This document shows, in pieces, positions 1 through 10,017 of a stretch of DNA of 64,000 nucleotides. The notes beneath the pieces are model-generated. The model ran no database searches and had not been told where the DNA came from. It saw only the letters and a list, made by a program, of their open reading frames with translations. The number at the start of each line of letters is the position of its first letter. The first letter of the stretch is position 1. The stretch lies in the NCBI GenBank assembly GCA_965226795.1, contig CBDDDZ010000002.1, positions 64,001-128,000 on the forward strand, given 5' to 3'. The translations under genes were made by a program, and so were the position numbers. The DNA comes from Candidatus Latescibacterota bacterium. Lineage in GTDB: Bacteria > Latescibacterota > UBA2968 > GCA-2709665.

Positions 1-1674
1 GGATCCACCGGCTGCGGGACCCGTTCGAATGTCGACGCCTGCGAACAGGCCTGATAGAGGCGGCATGTCTGTCCGGAAGGCGCCTGCAGCCGGATCGATC
101 CATCCGTTCCGATCCGGGTTTCAACCTCTTGCCCCACGTGAAAATGGGCTTCCACGGGGCGGGGCTCACGGCCGGAGAACCGGACACGATCCAGGATGAA
201 CACGGCGTGGCGGTTCCTGACGTGCAGCACGGTGCGTTCGAAGGAGAACAGGTCCGGCACGTCGGGATACGCCGCCGCCGCCTCACACCGCACGGCCGAA
301 TAAACGTCGTTCTCACCGCAATAGACGCCCGTCACCTCGCCGCCGGTGTCGGGGTCGACCGACTGTCCCCGCCCGCCAAAGGTGAGCGTATTCTTGAACG
401 CGGTGTCGAATCGAAAATATCCCGATGGTCTGAAAAAATAGTGTCCGTTGACAAAAAACGTAAAACTGGCGCGGTCCCGGTAGTGGGCGTGTTTATTGTG
501 CGAAATGGTCTGTATCGGAAGCCACGAATCTCTCCGCGCCTGCGCCGGCGGGCCACCCGGAACCGTACACTCGAAGCTCAGCACCGAAGCGACCTCGTCA
601 AACCCCGTGCGGGAAAAAAACTGACCCAATGACGGGAAAAAAGCCGCTGCAGGCAGGCCGTCCGGAGGTTCCGCCCGAACCCGCGGATCGTACCACAAAA
701 AGCTCCAGCCGTAGTCGTGGTAATCCTTCAGAAACGTCCTGGACGCCTCCCGCTCCGCCTGCCACTGCGCCAGGCCGTCGTTGAACTCCGCCGCGAGCTT
801 GTACAGCTGGAAAGCCACGACCCCGCCGGTCTCCCCGTGATACCGGCCGCTGGGCGTCGAATCGTCCAGAAATACGTGGCTTCCGTCCGGCAAAAGGTGG
901 TACGCGCGCCAGCGCGCCAGCGCCTTCAGCCATGCAATATCAAACGCATTCTCCCCGAAGATCCGTTTCCGGCCCTCTCAGGTAGAACAACATCGGCCCC
1001 AGCGCGTAATTCAGCGGGGCAACGCCCTCGTTCCATGCTCCGTCCTCACCCTGGATGGAGACGATCCGTTCGACCTCTCTTTCAACCGTGGATAACCAGG
1101 CCCCGGCTTCGGGCGCGTACGGCATCAAGGCCAGGCAGCCGACGCCGGCGCCGAAAACCGGCACCCAGCAATCGTGGTAATGGTATCGCCGGCTCCAGCC
1201 GGCCTCGCCCGTATCCATATGCCGGACCATGCGCCCGGTCTCGACCCGCAACACCTCCACCGCCCGGCGCACGAGCGCATCCGGCAGAACCCTTCCGAAC
1301 AGGTCCACGCCATAGGCCAGCGCCATGACGTGAAAGGCCACCAGATAGGTGGATTTGACCTTTTCGTCATCAGCGGCGTCGACCTCGACCCACCGAGTCA
1401 GCCAGCGTTCGGCCAGGCCGCTCCACCGCCTGTCGCCGGTGAGATGGTAGGCGATGCCGCAGTTCACCACCAGAGAGAAACAGATCTCAAGGATATCGCT
1501 GTACGCCGGCTCCTCCAGGTCCCAGAGCGTACCGGGCGGATCGTGGGCCAACCGGCCGTTCAGATCTCGGACCAGCGCCCGGTAGAACCGTGCGTGAGAC
1601 GAGGAGCAGCGCCTGCGCAGTTCGTCCAGTTCATCGGCAGACAGAATCAGCCGCGGGGCCGCGGGATCCACCAT
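1..1674 (-). pseudogene. DUF4962 / heparinase II/III-family polysaccharide lyase-like gene with a single frameshift at ~978; 3' end runs off the window
   Basis: ORF 940-1746 gives the N-terminal half (PRLILS, alpha/alpha-toroid-like region, WNEG). Manual translation of the next frame from ~977 stays open to base 1 and gives EGRKRIFGEN...WSFLWYDP...HAHYRDRASFTFFVNG...KNTLTFGGRGQ...AAAYP...FERTVL, typical heparinase II/III C-terminal motifs. ATG at 1674 follows AAGGA. May be an intact gene with a sequencing error. Confidence 0.8.
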
Positions 1675-1784
1675 CGGCGGCATCCTTTCAGGGACAGAAC
1701 ACGAGACCGCGCCACACCAATCCGGGTCGCCTGAGAACCGGCGCAATCCTTGTGAGCGCCGCCTATCGAATGTGCATCAACCCA

Positions 1785-1813
1785 AGTCTAAATCATCCCG
1801 GGAAGGATTGCAA
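1785..1813 (-). promoter_or_regulatory. Putative sigma70 promoter for the leftward lyase gene
   Basis: Minus strand TTGCAA (1813-1808), 17 nt spacer, TAGACT (1790-1785), about 110 nt upstream of the start codon. Confidence 0.5.
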
Positions 1814-2053
1814 GTCCCATCGACCGTGGAATGAAGGGCGGCGCTCTTTGGATCGGTCGGACCGGAGGATTGCGGCCCGTCCCGCGGCAGATCGAACACC
1901 CTCACCGCCGGGGTCCCCCTGGAGTATGGAAGCAAGGCACTCTACGGACTCCATGTCGACCCAATTTCATTTTAAAAAGGCCAGCGTGCGACCCGGACGC
2001 GCCCGAGTGAGGGCCAGCCGTCCTGAAATTCCGAAATCACCCCGTTTTTTTCC

Positions 2054-2083
2054 TTGACAAAATCTGTTTATAGGTGTTATCAT
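2054..2083 (+). promoter_or_regulatory. Strong sigma70-type promoter with extended -10 for the TonB receptor operon
   Basis: TTGACA at 2054-2059, 18 nt spacer, TGnTATCAT at 2075-2083, in an AT-rich patch within GC-rich DNA. Confidence 0.75.
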
Positions 2084-2265
2084 TATTTCTATTAGCCTAA
2101 TTTTTTCGCGTATCCGCCTCATTGGCGGGTATCGAAACGGCATCGCGAGGGCTTTCTCTGTGGGGAGGGGCACCATCTTGCCGTACCCGCAGTAAACGGC
2201 CCTGGTCCTGCGGGAATTATCGGCGGCGCTCGCGAGGCCCGATCCCATCACAAGGAGGGCAGTCT

Positions 2266-3009
2266 ATGGGCACATGGAGGTATACGGCTGTTATCGGATG
2301 TCTGGTGTTGCTTCTCGCACCGGCTTCCGGCGCACGGGAGTATAACCGGATCGGCGGGCGGTTACTGCTGGGCTACAACCTGCCCGTAATGGGGCTGCGG
2401 ACCAACTGGTATAACCAGGCCGTACGGTGGGGAGGCAGCGTGGTTTACAACCGGGATGTCAACACCGCTCTGGAGTTCGAATACCATCGGCTGCAATACA
2501 ATGACGGCAAGATCGAGAATCAGACATTCACCTGGAACGAAGACGCGAGAGAATATTCGAGCCCCAACTCCGAAGCAAGTATGCGGATCAACAGCGTGCT
2601 GTGCAACGTGATTTTTCGACTCGGTGACAGATCAAACCTTTTCTCTAGCCAGACGACGTCCCCCTACGTCGTCGCCGGAGGAGGGTTTCACAGCTACAGC
2701 AATAGCGTGAGCGGCCTTATTTACCCGGGGCAGGACGGCATCGCGGTCGAAGATAGCGAGGACAATATACTTGACCCAACCCAGGTCCTCGCAACGGTGG
2801 TCGAAAGCCGATCGGCCCTCGGGGCACATTTCGGGTTCGGCGTCGAACGGTTTATGTCGAACAATTTTTCACTGGATTTCCGGGTTCAGCACAATTTCCT
2901 GGTCGGGACCCTCGGTCCCCGGGAGGCCTGGGGCATAAAAGGAGTTATGCCGCTGCTGCAGATGCTGGATCTGGAGGTCGCGGTCAAATTCTACGAAACA
3001 GGAAGGTAG
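2266..3009 (+). CDS. Small outer-membrane beta-barrel protein with signal peptide
   Basis: AAGGAGG RBS before ATG 2266; signal peptide (YTAVIGCLVLLLAPASGA); amphipathic strands SPYVVAGGG, GAHFGFGVE, FSLDFRVQ, LEVAVKFY. Confidence 0.75.
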   Translation: MGTWRYTAVIGCLVLLLAPASGAREYNRIGGRLLLGYNLPVMGLRTNWYNQAVRWGGSVVYNRDVNTALEFEYHRLQYNDGKIENQTFTWNEDAREYSSPNSEASMRINSVLCNVIFRLGDRSNLFSSQTTSPYVVAGGGFHSYSNSVSGLIYPGQDGIAVEDSEDNILDPTQVLATVVESRSALGAHFGFGVERFMSNNFSLDFRVQHNFLVGTLGPREAWGIKGVMPLLQMLDLEVAVKFYETGR

Positions 3010-3108
3010 CGAGCCACGCATGCCCGGGAAAGGAGGAGGCGTAATCCCTACGGGCGTGTACGGCCGCAGTTAAGACTGGGAGACCACAATTAAAACGGAG
3101 ATTCGGCA

Positions 3109-6100
3109 ATGAAGAAGTGTGTTTTGTTTTTCGGAGTTCTTTCCCTCTGCACGGCACTGGCTTTAAGCGGAAGCGCCTGGGCCGGCACGACCGGAAAGAT
3201 TGTTGGAAAGGTTCTGGACCAACAGGGCGAAGCGCTGCCCGGCGCCAACGTGGTCATCGAGGGCCTGAACATCGGATCCACGGCCGATGCGGAGGGGTAC
3301 TACGTTATTCTGCGCGCCGATCCGGGGCTCTATACGCTTAAGGCGTCCCTGGTCGGATATGAGGCGGAGTCGCAGACGGAAATGCGGGTGCAGGCCGACG
3401 TGACCACGGAGGTTGATTTTATGCTCCAGGAGGCGACGCTGGAGTTGGGGGAGATGGTTGTCAAGGCGGAACGCCCTCCCGTGGAGGTCGACAAGACCTT
3501 CAGCAAATACATCGTCGGCGCCGATGAGATCGAGCAACTTCCCATCGTGCGCACCACCAGCGAAATGATCACGCTGCAGCCGGGCGTTCACCTGGACGGT
3601 TCCGACCGCATGCGGGGAAGCAACCGCCCCGGAGAATGGCGAAGTCGCACGGGCGGAGACGTGGCCTATTACGTGGACGGCGTGAAAATCGTGAACAGCG
3701 ACGGCGCCGGCTCCCACAACTGGAAGAGCATCAACCGGTCGACCGTCCAGGAGATTTCCGTGGTTACGGGCGGGATGAACGCCGAGTACGGCAACGCTCA
3801 GGCCGGGGTCGTCAGTATTATTACGAAAGACGGCGGCCAGAACTTCCACGGATGGGCGGAGTACCGCCGGACGCCGCCGGGCCAGAAGCACTGGGGCGCA
3901 AACGCCTACGAAAGCCCGATGCACCTCGACAAGATGAAATGGGGCGAGGGCGTCTGGGAGAACGAGCGTGATCCCGATACGGGCCGACTCACTCACCAGC
4001 GCTCGGACTACGACGAAATCACCGGGCACGACGTGGAGGGAACTATCTCGGGGCCGCTTTCCAAGAGCGCTTCGTTCATCGTTTCGGGCAAGACGGCCCG
4101 GCTGGCGCCCACGTATCCCGGCGGCACGGAGCGAGGCTACTACAACGACGTGGGCGGCTTCATTCCCTCGCTGTCCAACTACCAGGGATCATACAGCGTC
4201 ACCGTACGCGCATCCGAAAACATAAAAATGAAGATCGGCGGGTTGCTCGAGTACAACAAGAAGTATATCGGAACCGACCGTAACGCCTACCGGAATGAAC
4301 GGTCCGCGGGCACCGCGAGCGGAATCATTCGCGGCCTGCTCGACGGCGGGAAGAACATATTCCTGCCGGAGGGTTGGAGCGCGGCGGGAAAGATGAGCAC
4401 GACCCACAATATGCAATACCTGGCCATTACCCATTCTCTCTCGCCCCGGACATTTTACGACCTCCGGATCTCGCGCTATTCAACGGTCGACGATACCAGT
4501 GATATCGCAGGCAGAACGACGGACGTGCGTACGGATGACGACGGCTGGTTCGCCGTGGACCGTGAGGTGCGCCAATACCAGGTTGCGGACCGGACGCGGT
4601 ACCAGGTCAAGCTGGATCTGGCCAGCCAGATCACGAAGGGGCATTTCGTAAAGGCCGGTTTCGAATTCATCAAGTACAACATGTGGCTCACCCGCTACAC
4701 GGGTGAGAGCGCGCAAGCCCGGCGGCTGGAGTACGCGGGTGCCCAAGGCGTGATCGGAGATCCTATCAAGCCACAGCATCTCGCCATTTACGCGCAGGAC
4801 AAGATGGAGTTCGAGGGCATGGTCATCAATGCCGGTCTGCGCCTGGATCTGTTCGATCCGGTAACCAATTTCCCGGCTTCGGGCGCTTACGCGTTCTCGC
4901 CCATGTACAACTCGCCGCTACGTTTCCAGAATGCGCCCCACCGCGAGCCCGTCGTGTTCAAGAACCTGAGCCCACGGGTGGGGGTGTCGCATCCCATTAC
5001 CTCGCGCTCGTCCATGCACTATTTCGCGGGGCTGTTCCTGGCCTACCCGGACATCTATTACCTGTTTAACGGGGATTGGCGGACCTCCGGGCCCGACCAG
5101 GACTGGAACGGGAACGGCGTTGTCGACGCTGGCGAGCGCTACAACGCGATGCGGCCTTCCTACCCGATTCGAAGCGGGCAGGGCACCACCGAAATCCGCC
5201 CCGAAAAGACGGTGTCGATGGAGGTGGGGGCCGACTGGAACTTCGTCCAGGACTATACCGGTGCGATCGCGCTCTTCTACAAGAGCGCAAAAGATCAGTA
5301 CCACTATCATTCAGACGTCCGCTTCTACGCGCCGCATCTTCCTGGCTACGTACATCCCTACGCCCGGATCCTCCACAACAACGGGTTCGAAGAGCAGCGG
5401 GGTCTGGAACTTTCCGTGCGGAAGCCGCTCAGCCACAACTTCGCCATCAACGTGGCCTACAACATGACCTGGGCGCAGCAGGGCTGGGGCAACTTCGACG
5501 CCTGGTTCAACTTCCTCTTTCCCGACTCTCTCTATGTTGCCAGTGGGCGTTACTGGTACGAATACAGGGTGGACAACGGCGTTGAGGTGCCCGTGCCCCT
5601 CACGACTGAACAGATCCAGACGATCGGAAGCAACGCCAACAATGCGATCCGGAGCAACGACCGGCGGGACGGCAACCCGGGAGGCCGGGGTTACGAGCAG
5701 ACCCGGATGACGGCCCGGGAATACGGGCTCATCGGTCTGGACGACTTCGAACTGGACCACATCCACGTGTGGGCCAGGGGTTACCAGACCGGCCTGAACG
5801 CCGACGGCGGCGACATCCGCAACCAGGGCAGCGTACAGTTTCTCTATCTCACGCCAGGGGACTACGGGCCCAATTTCAAGGTGTTCGGAAGCAAGTTCCT
5901 TGCCAACTGGCGGGTCAACCTGCTCTGGCGCATGCAGAATACCGGATCGTTCTGGTACACGCCCGCGAATGCCGGCCGGGAACGGCGCCTGAGGCCCATC
6001 CGTACCTGGACCGACCTGGCCGTGGAGAAGCGCTTTCCTTTCGGTCTGGGGCGCGGCGATATAAGCCTGTTCCTGGAGGTGCGAAATCTGTTTAACCAGC

Positions 6101-6258
6101 AGGACGACAGTTCCTTCAATACCACCGACTGGACCAACTGGGGCCTGCAAACGGCACGCCCGGACAACTCTCACTTCCTCCTGTACGGGGATACCGCCGA
6201 TCGGAGTTTCTATAACCATCCCCGGCGCATGGAAATGGGTCTGAGAATGCAGTTCTGA
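3109..6258 (+). CDS. TonB-dependent receptor with N-terminal carboxypeptidase-regulatory-like domain
   Basis: Signal peptide then GTTGKIVGKV..GEALPGANVVIEG; plug motifs YYVDGV and EISVVTGGMNAEYGNAQAGVVSIITK; AIYAQDKMEF..INAGLRLD, SPRVGVSHPIT; C-terminal PRRMEMGLRMQF. Confidence 0.93.
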   Translation: MKKCVLFFGVLSLCTALALSGSAWAGTTGKIVGKVLDQQGEALPGANVVIEGLNIGSTADAEGYYVILRADPGLYTLKASLVGYEAESQTEMRVQADVTTEVDFMLQEATLELGEMVVKAERPPVEVDKTFSKYIVGADEIEQLPIVRTTSEMITLQPGVHLDGSDRMRGSNRPGEWRSRTGGDVAYYVDGVKIVNSDGAGSHNWKSINRSTVQEISVVTGGMNAEYGNAQAGVVSIITKDGGQNFHGWAEYRRTPPGQKHWGANAYESPMHLDKMKWGEGVWENERDPDTGRLTHQRSDYDEITGHDVEGTISGPLSKSASFIVSGKTARLAPTYPGGTERGYYNDVGGFIPSLSNYQGSYSVTVRASENIKMKIGGLLEYNKKYIGTDRNAYRNERSAGTASGIIRGLLDGGKNIFLPEGWSAAGKMSTTHNMQYLAITHSLSPRTFYDLRISRYSTVDDTSDIAGRTTDVRTDDDGWFAVDREVRQYQVADRTRYQVKLDLASQITKGHFVKAGFEFIKYNMWLTRYTGESAQARRLEYAGAQGVIGDPIKPQHLAIYAQDKMEFEGMVINAGLRLDLFDPVTNFPASGAYAFSPMYNSPLRFQNAPHREPVVFKNLSPRVGVSHPITSRSSMHYFAGLFLAYPDIYYLFNGDWRTSGPDQDWNGNGVVDAGERYNAMRPSYPIRSGQGTTEIRPEKTVSMEVGADWNFVQDYTGAIALFYKSAKDQYHYHSDVRFYAPHLPGYVHPYARILHNNGFEEQRGLELSVRKPLSHNFAINVAYNMTWAQQGWGNFDAWFNFLFPDSLYVASGRYWYEYRVDNGVEVPVPLTTEQIQTIGSNANNAIRSNDRRDGNPGGRGYEQTRMTAREYGLIGLDDFELDHIHVWARGYQTGLNADGGDIRNQGSVQFLYLTPGDYGPNFKVFGSKFLANWRVNLLWRMQNTGSFWYTPANAGRERRLRPIRTWTDLAVEKRFPFGLGRGDISLFLEVRNLFNQQDDSSFNTTDWTNWGLQTARPDNSHFLLYGDTADRSFYNHPRRMEMGLRMQF

Positions 6259-6283
6259 TCCGTTCCGGTAAACGTCACGAACG

Positions 6284-6315
6284 GCGGGAGCCCGGAGGGT
6301 TACGCGGGTTCCCGC
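6284..6315 (+). other. Intergenic GC-rich hairpin after the TonB receptor gene (stability element or weak terminator)
   Basis: GCGGGAGCCCG (6284-6294) pairs with CGGGTTCCCGC (6305-6315) with one G-U pair; no strong U tract. Confidence 0.4.
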
Positions 6316-6363
6316 TGCCATGCGATTATTTCCTGAAGAACTACACACGCTAAGGAGGATACG

Positions 6364-8796
6364 ATGCGTTCGAACCGTTTGAACGCCGTCCTGAAAGGGT
6401 GCGGCGGATGGGCGTTCGCAGTAGTCTTGGCGATATCCTGGTCCGGACAGGTCTGGGGCCAGGCGAATCACCCGGGGTCCGCCGGCAGGGCCGCCCTGGA
6501 GCGCGGGATGCTCTATACGTCCGTGACGAATCTGGGCACGCAGGGCGGCTCCATTGGCGCCGCGCTCTCACGGTCTTCCAGCATGGTCTACCCGGCCACG
6601 GTGGGCGGAGACATCATTACCGGTGACGGCTGGGCGGGCCAGCTGCCTTTTTTCCGCGTCGACTGCAACAGCGAAGGGCGAATCGAGAGTACGTCGCACG
6701 GGGAGGGCATCGGTCTTGCGTTGCGGCTTCCGTCCAGCTTTGCGGGCACGAGAGCGTACGACTCCTTCTCCAAGAACGAGTTCTACGTGGTATTGACCGG
6801 CCCGCGGTCCGACATGCTCGACGAGATCGTGCCCATGGTGGCAGACCCCTCGATGGACGAGAACCTGGCGTATCTGGGCGGTGAGCCCAGGGTGCAGCCC
6901 TCCTCCGCCGAAGATCCGGGCATAGACTGGCGTAAAGGCAAACCGTGGTACTACGCCCCCACCTGGAGCGAGAACCTGGCGCAGATCCTGACCGAGGCGC
7001 CGCTGAACCGGGACCCCGTGAGGATCAGTAACTGGTCGTTCGGGGAATACCCGACCGCGGGGCCGCCGGCCGCGCCTTCGTCCCGTTCCGACGAATGGCC
7101 CGAAGAAATCATACTCACCAAGTGGACCACGCTGGCGGGGGTTACCTTTACGCGGAGGACGATGACCTGGAGCTATCCCGCGTGGGATGACTTCATCATT
7201 ACGGAGATCGAATTCGAGAACACGGGCGACAGCGACGGAGACGGAGAGAGGGACCTGCCCGCGGAAACGCTGAGCGACGTCTTCATACCCATCATCAACG
7301 CCTGGATGCTCACGGATGCGGGGCTTTCCCACTACAACCGGTCGGATAGCTGGCACTGGTACAACGTGGGCGGTCTCGACGACTGGGTCGTTTATACGGA
7401 GAATGCCGGCTATTCGGGTCCGGCCAAGGGGCTGAAGATGATCGTGGACTGGGACGGCGACAGTCCGGAGTTCCCGTGGGACGATACGGGCGATCCCGTC
7501 AACCGGCTGATTATTTCGCCGTCGTGCGATACAGGCCGTAAGGACGGCGAGTTCACCTCCTATCAGTATATGGGCTTCGGGCCCCTGGCGTATCAGGACG
7601 GCGGCGAGTGGGGCTTCAACTCGCGGGACCAGGGCAAATATGCACAGCCTGAGGGTGATCAACCGCACGCAGTGCGCTTCTGGCGGATCGAAGGCACAAC
7701 TGTGTCCGCGGACCCTCGGCCGGGCGCGCACGACCGGCAGACCATGTACAACATGATAACGGAACAGGGCCATCAGTCCAATCCCGGAGAGATCGGAGTG
7801 TTCTACAGCGCCGAGACCTTTGGCCCGTATTCATTGGCGCCGGGCGATAAGGCCAAACTGGTGGTGGCCTGGGTGGGTGGTTCCGGCGCGGGAGAGAGCG
7901 ACCTCTACTCCTGGACGCGGTCCCATCTTTACGACTTCGACGGCCTGAAGAAGGGCGAAGGCTGGATGGTGGAGTTCTTCAAGCGGGCGAAGTGGGCCTA
8001 TCAGAACGAGTACGACGTGCCGGATTCGCCGCCGGACGTGTACGTGGCGGTCTCAAACAGCCCGGACGCGCAGAACCTGCTCAAGTGGAACTCGGCCGAC
8101 GGCGCAATGAATCCCGACTATATCGGCGCAGCGGCGCAGGACGTGGCGGGTTACCGGGTTTACCGGTCCGAATGGAACCCGGACGGGCCGTGGGACAGGA
8201 TCGGCGAGGTTTCGGCGGGCACCCATACGTATACGGACGAGTTGTCGGTAGCCGGCTTCAACTACTGGTATTCGGTAAGGCCGTTTGCCAGCGGCCACGA
8301 AGACTGGGTGGGCCGAGTGGGCACGATGGCCACGCTGCCTGAACTGGTGCAGGCGCAGGTGAGGGCCGGCCTGGAGGGCGGCCAGTGGGCGCGGTCACAG
8401 CGCAAGCCGCCGTTTTACAGCCCGAAGCAACCCGCGGTGGGCGAAACCGAGCAGTTGGGCCGGGAGGTTTTCGTGGTACCCAATCCGTTCCGGGTTGGCG
8501 ACGCCAATCTGCAATACCCGGGCAAACCGCAGATCCGGTTCGTGAACGTGCCTAGCAAGTGCTGGATCTACGTATTCAACAGCGCGGGCGACATGGTCGG
8601 AAAGATCCTCCACGACGACCGTACGGATGCGCCGAACGATTCCAGTCTATGGCTGGGCGAAGCGCAATGGGACCAGTTGGCGATGTCGCTGGGCACCGGG
8701 TCGATTTCTGCGGGCGTCTATTTCTTCGTCGTGGAATCTCTCGTTTCCGAAAGTATGGGGAAGAAGCGGATAGGGAAATTCATGGTCATCCGATAG
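6364..8796 (+). CDS. Secreted protein with FN3-like domain and T9SS-like C-terminal sorting domain
   Basis: Signal peptide; FN3-like segment (VAGYRVYRS...TYTD...YWYSVRPF); C-terminus VFVVPNPF...IRFVNVPSKCWIYVFNSAGDMV...WD...SAGVYFFVVES...GKFMVIR resembles the T9SS type A CTD. Confidence 0.8.
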   Translation: MRSNRLNAVLKGCGGWAFAVVLAISWSGQVWGQANHPGSAGRAALERGMLYTSVTNLGTQGGSIGAALSRSSSMVYPATVGGDIITGDGWAGQLPFFRVDCNSEGRIESTSHGEGIGLALRLPSSFAGTRAYDSFSKNEFYVVLTGPRSDMLDEIVPMVADPSMDENLAYLGGEPRVQPSSAEDPGIDWRKGKPWYYAPTWSENLAQILTEAPLNRDPVRISNWSFGEYPTAGPPAAPSSRSDEWPEEIILTKWTTLAGVTFTRRTMTWSYPAWDDFIITEIEFENTGDSDGDGERDLPAETLSDVFIPIINAWMLTDAGLSHYNRSDSWHWYNVGGLDDWVVYTENAGYSGPAKGLKMIVDWDGDSPEFPWDDTGDPVNRLIISPSCDTGRKDGEFTSYQYMGFGPLAYQDGGEWGFNSRDQGKYAQPEGDQPHAVRFWRIEGTTVSADPRPGAHDRQTMYNMITEQGHQSNPGEIGVFYSAETFGPYSLAPGDKAKLVVAWVGGSGAGESDLYSWTRSHLYDFDGLKKGEGWMVEFFKRAKWAYQNEYDVPDSPPDVYVAVSNSPDAQNLLKWNSADGAMNPDYIGAAAQDVAGYRVYRSEWNPDGPWDRIGEVSAGTHTYTDELSVAGFNYWYSVRPFASGHEDWVGRVGTMATLPELVQAQVRAGLEGGQWARSQRKPPFYSPKQPAVGETEQLGREVFVVPNPFRVGDANLQYPGKPQIRFVNVPSKCWIYVFNSAGDMVGKILHDDRTDAPNDSSLWLGEAQWDQLAMSLGTGSISAGVYFFVVESLVSESMGKKRIGKFMVIR

Positions 8797-8833
8797 CCGG
8801 CGCGCGGCAATTCCGGTAAGGAGCGATAAGCTT

Positions 8834-9814
8834 ATGAAGCGGATACTTTGTATGACACTGATGACCGTTCTCGTGGCCGGCGCATACTGGGACCCGCCCG
8901 CGGAAGCGCGGGACGCACCCGAAATCCTGAAGTCCGAGGATTTCAGGAAATTGGGTCTGGCGTCGTTTCCGTGGATGAAAGTGACCCAGTCCCCCCGTGC
9001 TTCGGCTATGGGTGATGCATTTACAGCCGTGTCGAACGACATCAACGCGATCTTTTTCAATCCCGCGGGTCTGGTTCACCTGAAGCGTTTCGGCTACCAG
9101 CTTTCCCACACCAGGTGGCTGGTCGACACCGGATTCTACAGCGGTGCGTTGGCCTACAGGACGGGTTGGGGCGTGTTGGGCGTCAGCGTCGTGAATTACG
9201 ACGTGGGCGATATGCCGGTGAGGACAATTTACAATCCCGAGGGCACGGGCGAGATGGTAAAAGGCGGCGGGACGGCCGCCGGCGTGGCCTATGCGTTTCA
9301 GGCAACCGACAAGCTGGGCCTGGGCATCCGGGCGGTGTATGTTTCGGAGACCCTGCACGTCGACAATATGTCCTCGCTCGTACTGGACGCCGGCACCCAC
9401 TTCTATACGGGTTTTCGAAGCTCACGGATAGCTCTAGCCATGCGGAATTTCGGGCCGGACACGAAGGTGCTGGCCGAAGATCAGAAATTCCTGATGCCCA
9501 TGAATTTCGATATCGGCGTGGCCATGGAGCTTTTCGGCCAGATGGGCGATCCGAATTACCTGACCGTTTCGGCCGAGAGTTCGTATCAGGTGGACTACGA
9601 ACAACGCTGGCAGATGGGCGGGGAGTTGTGGCTGTCAAACGCCGTGGCACTGCGAGCAGGATACAAGTTCAACCACGACCTGGAAAGTTACAGTTTTGGC
9701 GCGGGATTCAAGGGCGCCTGGGGAGACCGAACGGTTCTGGTTGACGTCGCCTATACCAATGTCGGCGACTTACTCGACGCACCGATACGGTTCAGCATTG
9801 GCGGCGCGTTTTAA
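8834..9814 (+). CDS. PorV/PorQ-family (UPF0164-like) outer-membrane barrel
   Basis: PRASAMGDAFTAVSNDINAIFFNPAGL and ALRAGYKFN...SFGAGF...VDVAY...RFSIGGAF match the FadL/PorV-like pattern. Confidence 0.88.
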   Translation: MKRILCMTLMTVLVAGAYWDPPAEARDAPEILKSEDFRKLGLASFPWMKVTQSPRASAMGDAFTAVSNDINAIFFNPAGLVHLKRFGYQLSHTRWLVDTGFYSGALAYRTGWGVLGVSVVNYDVGDMPVRTIYNPEGTGEMVKGGGTAAGVAYAFQATDKLGLGIRAVYVSETLHVDNMSSLVLDAGTHFYTGFRSSRIALAMRNFGPDTKVLAEDQKFLMPMNFDIGVAMELFGQMGDPNYLTVSAESSYQVDYEQRWQMGGELWLSNAVALRAGYKFNHDLESYSFGAGFKGAWGDRTVLVDVAYTNVGDLLDAPIRFSIGGAF

Positions 9815-9866
9815 CTTTAATTGCCGTCGCGGCCTTGCGCGGGGCCATTTGACGTGAACAGAGCTT

Positions 9867-9927
9867 ACGGCGGCGCAATGTGTCTCCGGCCGGGTTGGCG
9901 GGATGGGGCATTGGCCGCCGTTTTGTT
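9867..9927 (+). terminator. Possible intrinsic terminator closing the outer-membrane cassette
   Basis: ACGGCGGC-G-CAATG ... CATTG-GCCGCCGT followed by TTTGTT; the loop is long. Confidence 0.45.
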
Positions 9928-10017
9928 GTCGACGCAAGGATCGGTAAGGGGTAAGAAAAGGCCCGGGCAGAATGGGACCGGACGGTAGTCTTCCCATCGA
10001 CCCGGCGCGAGGTGGTC

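Noticed and set aside
2090..2265. Cobalamin, TPP or SAM riboswitch upstream of the TonB receptor
   Set aside because: Diagnostic cores (B12 box, CUGAGA, SAM-I core) were not found; kept only as an unclassified structured leader.
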